From contig SRXB01000001.1 of the NCBI GenBank assembly GCA_009724975.1, positions 1-46,522 of the forward strand: 46,522 nucleotides of DNA. Direction: 5' to 3'. Below the pieces are notes generated by a model, which ran no database searches, had not been told where the DNA came from, and saw nothing but the letters and a program-made list of their open reading frames with translations. Shown one piece after another: positions 11,264 through 19,325 of the stretch (within the stretch, counting starts at the first letter, position 1; each line of letters opens with the position of its first letter). The position numbers and the translations under genes are program-made. This DNA comes from a bacterium. Its GTDB lineage: Bacteria; Desulfobacterota; Deferrisomatia; Deferrisomatales; BM512.

Positions 11264-12592
11264 TTAGAGCACGAATCTGCTCAGGACTTCGTTTGCGCTT
11301 ATCTGGGAGAGCCTGGAGCGAACGTAGTCGCGATCGACCGTCACCCTTTTCCCTTCCATCTCCGGAGCGCTGAAGCTAAGCTCCTCAAGGACTTTCTCCA
11401 TCACGGTGTGGAGCCTTCTCGCCCCGATGTTCTCCGTCCTGTCGTTGACCTCGACGGCGGTGGAGGCCATCTCCATTATTCCGTCTTTCGTGAACTCAAG
11501 GTCGACTCCTTCGGTCGCCATGAGAGCCTTGTACTGGCGGACGAGCGAGTTTTTGGGCTCTGTCAGTATCCTTACGAAATCGCCCTTGGTCAGGGAATCA
11601 AGCTCCACCCTTATGGGGAAGCGCCCCTGAAGCTCGGGTATCAGGTCGGAAGGGCTTGAGATGTGGAAAGCGCCCGCCGCCACGAAAAGAATATGGTCCG
11701 TCCTCACGACTCCGTATTTGGTATAAACCGTGGAACCCTCGATTATGGGGAGGATGTCGCGCTGGACGCCCTCGCGGGAGACGTCGGGCCCTCCTGCCCC
11801 TTCGCCCTTGGAGGCGATTTTGTCGATTTCGTCGATGAAGACGATGCCCTCGTTCTGCGCCCTGTCCAGCGCCTCGGCCACCGCCCCCTCCTCGTCGATT
11901 AGCCTTCTGGCCTCCTCGACCCTTAACGCCTCAAAAGCGGCGGGGACCTTCATGACCTTGCGGCGGCTTGTCTTTCCGCCGCCCATCATCGACCCGAAAA
12001 GTTCGCTCAGCTGGTCGCCCAGCTGCTGGTCGCCGCCCACCATCGAGGAAAAATCCATTCCGGAGGAGGGCGCGGACTCTATCTCCAGCGCCACCTCACG
12101 CTCGTCAAGGCCGCCGGAGAGCAGGAGGCCGCGAAGATTGTCCAGCGCCTGCGGTTCCTCTTCGCCAAGGGGTGAAAGAAGGGCCAAAAGACGCTCCGTC
12201 GCCGCCTCTTTCGCTTTTTCGGCGACGCGCTCCTCCTCCTCAGCCCGAACCATGGCGACAGCTTCGCGCACAAGGTCTCTCACCATCGACTCAACGTCTC
12301 TCCCGACGTACCCCACTTCAGTGAACTTTGAGGCCTCGACCTTGATGAAGGGAGCGCGGGCCAGTTTGGCGAGGCGGCGGGCGATTTCGGTCTTGCCTAC
12401 GCCGGTGGAGCCGATAAGAAGTATGTTTTTGGGCGTTATTTCGTCGCGCAAGCCCTCGTCGGCCCTTCTTCTCCTCCACCGGTTGCGAAGGGCTATGGCC
12501 ACGGCTTTTTTCGCCTTTTCCTGACCCACTATGTAGCGGTCAAGTTCCAAAACCACCTCGCGGGGGGTGAGTGGCGGGGTTTTCGCTTCCAT
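11264..12592 (-). CDS. hslU: ATP-dependent protease ATPase subunit HslU
   Basis: [16 protein letters not shown] start, Walker [17 protein letters not shown]-domain insertion, Walker B FIDEIDK and a C-terminal SRFVL-type tail. Confidence 0.95.
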   Translation of the reverse strand: MEAKTPPLTPREVVLELDRYIVGQEKAKKAVAIALRNRWRRRRADEGLRDEITPKNILLIGSTGVGKTEIARRLAKLARAPFIKVEASKFTEVGYVGRDVESMVRDLVREAVAMVRAEEEERVAEKAKEAATERLLALLSPLGEEEPQALDNLRGLLLSGGLDEREVALEIESAPSSGMDFSSMVGGDQQLGDQLSELFGSMMGGGKTSRRKVMKVPAAFEALRVEEARRLIDEEGAVAEALDRAQNEGIVFIDEIDKIASKGEGAGGPDVSREGVQRDILPIIEGSTVYTKYGVVRTDHILFVAAGAFHISSPSDLIPELQGRFPIRVELDSLTKGDFVRILTEPKNSLVRQYKALMATEGVDLEFTKDGIMEMASTAVEVNDRTENIGARRLHTVMEKVLEELSFSAPEMEGKRVTVDRDYVRSRLSQISANEVLSRFVL

Positions 12593-12611
12593 TTCGCTTT
12601 AGCCTTGCCTC

Positions 12612-13535
12612 TCAGGCCCTCGGATGGGCCTTGTCGTAAACTTCCATCAGCTTTTCGATGCCGAGGTGCGTGTATTTCTGGGTGGTCGAGAGGCTTTTAT
12701 GCCCCAAAAGCTCCTGAATGCCGCGCAAATCAGCCCCGGACCCCAAAAGGTGCGTGGCGAAGGTGTGCCGAAGGGTGTGCGGGCTCACCTTTCTCGTTAT
12801 CGCGGCGCGCATGAGCCAGTCGTTCAGTATCCTTCGCACGCTGCGGTCGGTCAGCCTTCCTCCCCTTGCGTTGAGGAAGACGGGGGACTCGTGATCGGGC
12901 GCGAAGCCGGAGATTTTGCGAAGGGTGAAGTATTCCCCTAGCGCCGCTTTCGCTGCAGAGGTGAAGACAACCTCCCTCTCTACCTTTCCCTTGCCGCGAA
13001 CTCTGGCCGTGAGCGTCGAAAATTCAAGGTCTTTCACCGAGAGGCCCACAAGTTCGCTTACGCGCACTCCGGAAGCGTAAAGGAACTCCAAAATCGCTTT
13101 GTCCCTCGCACCGGCCAGCCCCTCGGGCCGAACGGAATCGAGCAGGTGCAATATCTCGTCCACCGGCATGAATTCCGGCAACTTCTTGGGTATCTTCGGC
13201 GACGCGACAGCTTCGGCGGGGCTGGCCGCCACGCGCCCCTCGCGCGCGAGGTATTTGTAAAACGATTTTATCGCCGAGAGCTTGCGCTGCATCGAGCTTT
13301 TCATGTGGGAAAGGTGTAGCTTCCCGATATAGCCGCGCACGTCGCCCGGTTCGACCTCTTCCCACCTTACCGCGCCAGTCTCAGGACCGAGATATTTCGC
13401 GAAAGCCTCAAGGTCGCGTCTGTAATTGCGCAGGGTGTGGGCGGAGGCGTTCCTCTCGTAGGCGAGGTGGTTTAAAAACTCCTCCACCAGGGGGTCGCTC
13501 TTTTTGTCCGGAGTATTTTCCGCAATAGCCGCCAA
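12612..13535 (-). CDS. xerC: Tyrosine site-specific recombinase XerC/XerD
   Basis: N-terminal SAM-like core-binding domain (FLNHLAYERNASAHTLRNYRRDL). Catalytic region includes ASGVRVSELVGL, SPHTLRHTFATHLL and LGHKSLSTTQKYTH. TTG start at 13535 with AAGGAG 8 nt upstream. Confidence 0.88.
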   Translation of the reverse strand: MAAIAENTPDKKSDPLVEEFLNHLAYERNASAHTLRNYRRDLEAFAKYLGPETGAVRWEEVEPGDVRGYIGKLHLSHMKSSMQRKLSAIKSFYKYLAREGRVAASPAEAVASPKIPKKLPEFMPVDEILHLLDSVRPEGLAGARDKAILEFLYASGVRVSELVGLSVKDLEFSTLTARVRGKGKVEREVVFTSAAKAALGEYFTLRKISGFAPDHESPVFLNARGGRLTDRSVRRILNDWLMRAAITRKVSPHTLRHTFATHLLGSGADLRGIQELLGHKSLSTTQKYTHLGIEKLMEVYDKAHPRA

Positions 13536-13848
13536 ACTCCGCGCTCCTTGTTCTGGTGAGGAAAAACAAACAGTTTAGCACAAACCGCGTCTTGAAAACA
13601 AATTCGGCGCGGGTTTTCATTCTAAAAGATGCCAGGGAACCGATCCGCTGCACATAAAGCGCCGCCGGTTTTTTGCGCCGTCGGCCCCCAGGCGGGGAAA
13701 AGGGCTGAAAACTCCTCTTTTCGGCCGAGTGAGCTCTCCGGCGGCTGGCGTAGCCGAGGGGGGCGAAAATTTTTAGGTTCAGCCTTTTGCCGCGCCCATT
13801 GTATTCTTCTTGCGGTGAACCTCAACACAAGGCGAGGAAGGTTTTGCC

Positions 13849-14310
13849 ATGCCGACCATTGAAGATGTGAAGAAGTTTCTTTCGCAAAGAGGGGTGGAGG
13901 TCCTGGAGTTCGACGAGCCGACCCCGACCAGCGAAACGGCGGCCCGCGCCGTTGGGTGCGAGGTGGGCCAGATAGCCAAGACGGTGCTCTTCATCGTGGG
14001 GGAAACGCCGGTGGCGATAGTCGCCTCTGGAGATGTCCGCGTGAAGGGCTCCGCCCTGAAAAGGGCCGCCGCGCTCTCGGGAAAGGCGCGACTTCCCGGA
14101 GAGGAGGAGGTCGTTTTGCACACTGGCTATCGCCCGGGCGGGGTCTGCCCTTTTTTATTGCCTGAGGGATTGCTGGTGCTGGCTGATTCGTCGCTGAGAA
14201 GATTTGAAGTGGTTTACGCCGCCGCGGGCAACGATCACAGCGCAGTCCCACTTACTTTCGAAAAGCTTCTCGAACTGACCAAAGGACGCGAGGCGGATGT
14301 GTGCGCTTGA
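13849..14310 (+). CDS. YbaK/ProX-type aminoacyl-tRNA editing (deacylase) domain protein
   Basis: 153-aa single-domain protein with the YbaK-like pattern (IAKTVLF, PGGVCPF, AAAG...). Confidence 0.7.
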   Translation: MPTIEDVKKFLSQRGVEVLEFDEPTPTSETAARAVGCEVGQIAKTVLFIVGETPVAIVASGDVRVKGSALKRAAALSGKARLPGEEEVVLHTGYRPGGVCPFLLPEGLLVLADSSLRRFEVVYAAAGNDHSAVPLTFEKLLELTKGREADVCA

Positions 14311-14373
14311 GGATTTTGGCGTTATCGTGGTAGGGTTGGCAAAAGGCATTATCACCAAAAGCCGGAGTTTGCC

Positions 14374-15378
14374 ATGCTCATAGTGATGGAGCATTACGCC
14401 ACCCCAGAAAACGTCAAAACCGTCATCGCCGCGATAGAGGCGCAGGGCTTCACCGCCCAGCCCATACCCGGCGGCGACCGCGTGGCGATAGGCGTTCTGG
14501 GAAACCACGGCTACGTCGACGAAACCCCCTTTCGCGGCCTCGCGGGCGTGCGCGATTTCATCCACGTCACCAAGCCCTACAAGCTGGTCACCAGAGATTT
14601 CCACCCCGAGGACACGGTGGTGGAGGTCGGCGGAGTAAGGGTGGGCTGGGGCGAAAAGCCGATAGTTATAGCAGGCCCATGCGCAGTGGAAAGCCGCGAA
14701 CAGCTCTTCGCCGCGGCAAGGGTGGCCAAGGAAAACGGCGCCGACATGCTTCGTGGCGGCGCCTTCAAGCCCCGCACCGGTCCTCACACCTTTCAGGGGC
14801 TGGGATTCGCGGGGGTGGAGCTTTTGCGCGAGGCAAAAACCCAGTTCGGCCTGCCCACCGTCACCGAGGTGATGCGAATCGACCAGCTCGATTTCGTGGC
14901 GCAAAATGTAGATTGCCTCCAGATAGGCGCCCGCAACATGCAGAATTTCGATCTTTTGAAGGAGGCGGCGAAGATTAAAAAGCCGATTCTCCTAAAGCGC
15001 GGCATGAGCGCTACCCTTGAGGAATTTTTGGCCGCCGCCGAATACCTGGTGGCTGGTGGGAACGACCAGGTGATACTCTGCGAGCGCGGAATCCGCACCT
15101 TCGAGCGGGCGCTTAGAAACACCCTCGACCTCGCCGTGGTCCCCTATCTGAAAAAGGTCACCCACCTTCCTGTAATTGTTGATCCGAGCCACGCCATAGG
15201 GATACGGGAGCTTATTCCGGTCATGTCTAAGGCCTCGCTCGTGGTCGGCGCGGCGGGGGTGATGATCGAGATGCACCCCGACCCCAAGTGTGCGCTCTGC
15301 GACGGGCAGCAGTCGCTTGGGCCGGAGAGTTTCGCCAAGATGATGAAGGATATGGAGGCGCTTAAGGGAGCGCTCTAA
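14374..15378 (+). CDS. 3-deoxy-7-phosphoheptulonate (DAHP) synthase, type I-beta with N-terminal ferredoxin-like regulatory domain
   Basis: N-terminal ~65-aa FL/ACT-like domain (MLIVMEHYATPENVKTVIAAIE), then a KDOPS/DAHPS barrel (IAGPCAVES, LRGGAFKPRT, QIGARNMQNF, DPSH). Confidence 0.9.
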   Translation: MLIVMEHYATPENVKTVIAAIEAQGFTAQPIPGGDRVAIGVLGNHGYVDETPFRGLAGVRDFIHVTKPYKLVTRDFHPEDTVVEVGGVRVGWGEKPIVIAGPCAVESREQLFAAARVAKENGADMLRGGAFKPRTGPHTFQGLGFAGVELLREAKTQFGLPTVTEVMRIDQLDFVAQNVDCLQIGARNMQNFDLLKEAAKIKKPILLKRGMSATLEEFLAAAEYLVAGGNDQVILCERGIRTFERALRNTLDLAVVPYLKKVTHLPVIVDPSHAIGIRELIPVMSKASLVVGAAGVMIEMHPDPKCALCDGQQSLGPESFAKMMKDMEALKGAL

Positions 15379-15423
15379 AGATTTTCGCAGTCAACCCCTT
15401 CTCAAACAAAAAGGAGGATTATC

Positions 15424-16182
15424 ATGGTCAAAAAATTTGCAATAGCGGCGGTGGCGGCGCTTGCGCTTCCGATGGCTTCCCACGCGCTGGAGATCGGCGT
15501 GCAGGGCACCTACTGGATGCCGACTTTCACCGCCGACCTTGCCATCAAGGATGCCGCCACCTTCAGCGCCACCGACGATTTCGACACCGACCAGAAGGTG
15601 GGAATCCCCGGGGCGCGCGCCTTCTTCGGCATAGGCGACCACCACATCTCCGTAAGCGCGCAAAAAGCCGCTTACAAGGGCGATTACGAGGGGCTCAATC
15701 CCATAAGCTGGGGCGGGACCACAATTTTGGCCACCACCGACGGGGGCGAGTTCAAGTACGACTACACGATGATCGACGCCACCTACCAGTACGACCTTCT
15801 CGACCTTGAGAATTTCGCGGCGGGCTTCTCCTTCGGCCCCCTCTTTAACCTCAAGTACATCGACGGCACCGCCGAGGTGGCCAAGACAACCGCCCCTGCC
15901 GCGCGCGAAACCCAGGATTTCACCGCCCCGATCCCGATGGTGGGCCTTGGCCTCCATATCGGAATCCTGATGGATATTCTGGAGGGACGGGCTCAAGTGG
16001 CCGGCATTGGCTACGGCCCCAACCGCGTCATCGACGGCCTCGCCGAGGTCTCCGTGACACCTTTCCCCTTCCTTGACGTAAGCGTGGGCTACCGCATAAT
16101 GCAGGTGAAGATCGACTACAGCGACGTAGAACTAGACCTCAACCAGACCGGCCCCTACGCCGGACTTACCGTCTCCTTCTAG
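15424..16182 (+). CDS. Outer-membrane beta-barrel protein
   Basis: Signal peptide MVKKFAIAAVAALALPMASHA, alternating amphipathic beta strands, and a C-terminal aromatic residue (LTVSF). AAGGAGG RBS. Confidence 0.75.
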   Translation: MVKKFAIAAVAALALPMASHALEIGVQGTYWMPTFTADLAIKDAATFSATDDFDTDQKVGIPGARAFFGIGDHHISVSAQKAAYKGDYEGLNPISWGGTTILATTDGGEFKYDYTMIDATYQYDLLDLENFAAGFSFGPLFNLKYIDGTAEVAKTTAPAARETQDFTAPIPMVGLGLHIGILMDILEGRAQVAGIGYGPNRVIDGLAEVSVTPFPFLDVSVGYRIMQVKIDYSDVELDLNQTGPYAGLTVSF

Positions 16183-16333
16183 GTGGCGGCTTTCTCTTTC
16201 GGCGAAGGGCTGCGTCGTTTCTTGGCCGCGGGTCTTGGCGTAGTGACGGCTACTGCCTGCGACCACACGCCCTGCGGGCTCCTTGCCCTTCATCCGAAAT
16301 AAAAAGTCGGCGCAAAAGCTGGTGATGGCAAAT

Positions 16334-16366
16334 AAAAAAGCCGCCCTTTTTGGGGCGGCCTTTTTG
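16334..16366. terminator. Bidirectional intrinsic terminator between the beta-barrel gene and the ppiD-like gene
   Basis: 7-bp GC stem GCCGCCC (16340-16346) / GGGCGGC (16353-16359). Flanked by an A-run (16334-16339) and a T-run (16361-16365), so it reads as hairpin plus U-tract on both strands. Confidence 0.7.
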
Positions 16367-16388
16367 CGTTTATGGCGATGGATAAGGG

Positions 16389-18005
16389 CTACTTAGCGGC
16401 CCCTTCCTTTTTCTCTTCCGTGGCGGCGGGACCTTTGGCCAGTTCGGGGAAGACCGCCTCGTTATAGGTTATCTTCGCGCTTTCCTTGAGTTTTTTAAGC
16501 TCGGCGGCGTAGGCTTCTTCTCTCTTTTTGGGCAAGAGCTCCTGGCGGATTGACGCGCTTTGCGAGGGAAGCTGGATCATCTCCGGCAACTTTACCGCCA
16601 CCACCTTGAATATGTAGGCGGCGTCGCCGATTACATAGGCGGAGGAGGGGATGAATCCCGCCGTGGGGTTGGCGAAGATCGCTTCCTTGGCCTTTTCCGA
16701 AGCACCTATCGGGGGTATGGAGTCGGCTTTCTTATTGAAAGATTCGGTCTTGAGCACGTTGTAGGAGCCGCCCACGCTTGGGAAAATCTGCTTGAGCGAA
16801 AGTTTTTCGGCGGCCTCCTTGGCGAGCTTTTTGCCTTCCTCAAGGGCGAAGCGGGCGCGAACCTGCTCACGCACACGGGCAAGGGGAGGTATCTCGCTGG
16901 GCTGGGCGACCGCGATGGAGAGAAGGTAAACGCCTTCGCCGGTGTCGAACACTTCGCCCGGGGATGATGGGGAAATGCCGAAGAGGGCGGCGGCGAATCT
17001 GGGATCTGCCGGAAGAGCGGGATTGTTTTCGCCGCGGGTCACCATAGGGGTGGTGGTGGCGGAGAGCTTGTCCCAGGAGGTTTTCTTGTCCTCTATGTCC
17101 ATAAGGAGGTTGTCGGCGGCGGCGTAGGCCTTTTCATGGGCTTTTTCGAGCTTGTAAAGCTCGACCACCTGACTTCGCACCTCTTCAAGGGTTTTTTGCC
17201 TCTTGGCGGCCTCGTCGTAAAAGAGTCCGGCGCGGGCCTGGTAGGTCTTTTTTATCCCGTCTTCATCCGGCTGGACCTCCGCCATGTACTTTGAAGCGGG
17301 GAAGAAGACGTATCTGGCGCTTCTCTTCTCCTCGGTTTTGAAGGCCTCGCCCTCCTTGGCGTAGAACTCGGCGAGTTTTTCCTCCGTCACAACAGCCTTG
17401 GCGGCGTAGTCCTCGGCTTTGAAGGCCACGTATTCGCAGGTGACGTAGGTGTTTTTTGCGCGGTATTCGTTCTCGACGTCCTGATCCGTTACGTTAGCGG
17501 CGTCCTTCAGCGACTCCTGAGCCTTGGAAAGGGTCAGCTCTATCCGCTTTTCATCTTTGTATTGCTGATGGGTAAGGCTGTTGGCTTTAAGGATGGCGAG
17601 GTAGCGGTCCTGATCGAAAGCGCCGTTGGCGAAGAATATCTGCTGGGCCTTTATTGCGGCGTTCAGCTCCTCGTCCGAGACGTTGATATTCTTGCTCTGT
17701 GCGTAATCCATCAGCAGTGCGCGCTCAATCAGCACCTCGATTGCGCGGTCCTTCAGGCCGAGCTGTTCAAGAAGCTCCGGGGAAAGCTGGCTGCCGAAGG
17801 TGCGCCGGTAAAAGTCCTCCATCTGCGCAAGAGACTGGGAGTACTGGGCCAGCGAGATCGTCACCCCGTTCACCTCGGCGGCGAATGTCTTTTGGGCGCT
17901 GCGGAAGGTGCCGTAGCCGAAATAGAAGACGAAGACGAAAATTATTATGCCCAGCATAGACTGGAAGACTTTGTTGCGGGCGTTTCTGCGGATTGCCTCA
18001 AGCAT
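16389..18005 (-). CDS. ppiD: PpiD-like periplasmic chaperone (SurA N-terminal domain, degenerate parvulin region)
   Basis: MLEAIRRNARNKVFQ start, N-terminal TM anchor and a long helical chaperone body. ATG 18005 has GGAG 6 nt upstream and is preferred over the GTG at 18035. Confidence 0.75.
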   Translation of the reverse strand: MLEAIRRNARNKVFQSMLGIIIFVFVFYFGYGTFRSAQKTFAAEVNGVTISLAQYSQSLAQMEDFYRRTFGSQLSPELLEQLGLKDRAIEVLIERALLMDYAQSKNINVSDEELNAAIKAQQIFFANGAFDQDRYLAILKANSLTHQQYKDEKRIELTLSKAQESLKDAANVTDQDVENEYRAKNTYVTCEYVAFKAEDYAAKAVVTEEKLAEFYAKEGEAFKTEEKRSARYVFFPASKYMAEVQPDEDGIKKTYQARAGLFYDEAAKRQKTLEEVRSQVVELYKLEKAHEKAYAAADNLLMDIEDKKTSWDKLSATTTPMVTRGENNPALPADPRFAAALFGISPSSPGEVFDTGEGVYLLSIAVAQPSEIPPLARVREQVRARFALEEGKKLAKEAAEKLSLKQIFPSVGGSYNVLKTESFNKKADSIPPIGASEKAKEAIFANPTAGFIPSSAYVIGDAAYIFKVVAVKLPEMIQLPSQSASIRQELLPKKREEAYAAELKKLKESAKITYNEAVFPELAKGPAATEEKKEGAAK

Positions 18006-18168
18006 CGAAAACTCCAAAAACGGTTGGTTCGCCACACTTTTTCAAAGGCCGACACGCTACACCTAACGGCCTCTAAAATCAAGAGATGCGCAAAACCTTT
18101 TAAGTGTGCTAAATCTTACCGCTCGGATATTTTGCGGTAAAATTTCCAACATTGCGAAAGGAGTTTGC

Positions 18169-18849
18169 ATGAAAGTTTTTTCGGCGTGGTCGCGAGTGGG
18201 CGTTTTTTGTGCCCTGATGCTGGTTTTTGCCCAGGGCGCGGCGGCCTCGGGCTCAGGCGGTCTTGCGCAGCCCTTCGCCAAGGGGCAGGGAATGTTCGGG
18301 GTGACCATGGGATATTCCCAGCGCGATCTGGACGGCGGCGGTGACGAGGCCCAGTCCAGAAGGCTGCTCTTCAAGGGAGGCTTTGGCTTTGGCGAGGGGC
18401 TTGACGGCTACGCCATGCTGGGTTTTTCCGACCTGAAATATTCGGGTACTGATTTTTCCGGCTCCCTTGGAGAATTGATCGGCCTTGGCGTTCGCTACGG
18501 CGGCTTTCTCATCGGCGAAGGTCCGGCGAGGCTGGTGCTGGATTTTCAGTGGGAGTATTTCAGCAGCGAGGACGGCAACATAGACGCCAGGGTAGATGCC
18601 ACCCATCTGGCCGCCTACGTGGTACGCGAGTTCGGCGCCGCAGGCAAGGTGGGGTATTTCTATCCCTTCGGCGGCATCCGCTATTCGATGGTAAACTACT
18701 CAAACGACGGCCCCGACTTTCACGAGGACGAACGGATAGGCATTTTCGGCGGCGCGGACTATTTCGTGAGCCCGAACGTATTTTTCTCCGGCGAGATGCA
18801 CGTTTTCGATGAGGAATCGGTTTTACTTTCCGCCGGGTACAGATTCTAG
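18169..18849 (+). CDS. Outer-membrane beta-barrel protein
   Basis: ATG 18169 is preceded by GAAAGGAG. Signal peptide (VGVFCALMLVFAQGAAA), beta-strand periodicity, and a C-terminal SAGYRF. The upstream 21 codons of the track ORF lack an RBS. Confidence 0.72.
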   Translation: MKVFSAWSRVGVFCALMLVFAQGAAASGSGGLAQPFAKGQGMFGVTMGYSQRDLDGGGDEAQSRRLLFKGGFGFGEGLDGYAMLGFSDLKYSGTDFSGSLGELIGLGVRYGGFLIGEGPARLVLDFQWEYFSSEDGNIDARVDATHLAAYVVREFGAAGKVGYFYPFGGIRYSMVNYSNDGPDFHEDERIGIFGGADYFVSPNVFFSGEMHVFDEESVLLSAGYRF

Positions 18850-19002
18850 CCCCAATTGTCAGCGCGTTTTAAATTTTTATACGTCGGTTCTAAAACAGCC
18901 CGTTTTTTTGCGGACCGACACCTCGCAAAGAGACGGGTTGCAGCCCATAAGTGATTGAATAAAAAGGAGAAACAACGAGGCCACACTTTGTACAATTTGT
19001 GC

Positions 19003-19032
19003 TTGACACACTGTTTTGCCCGAGCGTATTCT
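19003..19032 (+). promoter_or_regulatory. Candidate sigma70-type promoter for fhs / the WL cluster
   Basis: TTGACA (19003-19008), 18-nt spacer, TATTCT (19027-19032), in the AT-rich 475-bp gap. Sequence match only; the TSS is not known. Confidence 0.35.
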
Positions 19033-19259
19033 GGCGGGGCTTTCTCCGGTAGTAACAGCGTTTTAACTTCGCGCCGACAATGTAGCCGCGAGGGGACGCG
19101 TCCAGGGCCGGTGATTTTGGGGATGGCGAGGTAGAACAAGGGTTTTACACTTTTCATACTTTCCCTTCCTTGCCGATTCGAACCAAAAAAGTATCCATAA
19201 GAGGTTTTTGTTCCGGCTAATCAGGCGGGAGAGCTTCTTATGCCTTTTGGCTATCAAAC

Positions 19260-19319
19260 GGGGTCGCCAGCCGTTTTTAAACGCGAAGGGCGACCTCCCA
19301 ACGGATTCTCAGGGAGGAG
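19260..19319 (+). promoter_or_regulatory. Leader hairpins including an SD-sequestering stem upstream of fhs
   Basis: GGTCGCC (19262-19268) pairs with GGCGACC (19289-19295). CCTCCC (19294-19299) pairs with GGGAGG (19312-19317), which lies inside the fhs Shine-Dalgarno sequence AGGGAGGAG. Confidence 0.35.
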
Positions 19320-19325
19320 ACTGAA

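Noticed and set aside
12612-13535. The tyrosine recombinase as a marker of an integrated mobile element or genomic island.
   Set aside because: It has XerC/XerD-type architecture and motifs and the classic housekeeping context next to hslU. No flanking repeats, tRNA target, phage or transposon genes are present.
13575-13581. A TTAGCAC half-site (the start of a CIRCE element) in the xerC/ybaK intergenic region.
   Set aside because: No inverted partner (GAGTGCTAA) lies at N9 or nearby, and it is not upstream of a chaperone gene.
14155-14904. A 249-aa minus-strand ORF overlapping the ybaK end and the DAHP synthase, and a 296-aa ORF at 21085-21975 opposite acsV.
   Set aside because: These are antisense shadows of confidently assigned genes, with no motifs and no translation signals.
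19175-19184. A GATTCGAACC segment resembling a tRNA T-loop (on the reverse strand GGTTCGAATC).
   Set aside because: The flanking bases do not form a T-stem, acceptor stem or anticodon arm on either strand. It is an isolated chance match.
18846-19257. Minus-strand ORFs of 103 aa (18846-19157) and 64 aa (19063-19257) in the fhs upstream gap.
   Set aside because: They lie in AT-rich non-coding-like sequence with no RBS. Their composition is basic and low-complexity, unlike the genome's genes, and they overlap the predicted promoter and leader.
18850-19325. A known riboswitch (ZTP/pfl, THF-I/II, cobalamin, Moco) upstream of fhs.
   Set aside because: I looked for the conserved cores I remember: GACUGGCG with CCGCCUGGGC for ZTP, and the B12-box GCCACUG. 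None was found by eye. This cannot be excluded without an Infernal/Rfam scan, so only generic leader structure is reported.
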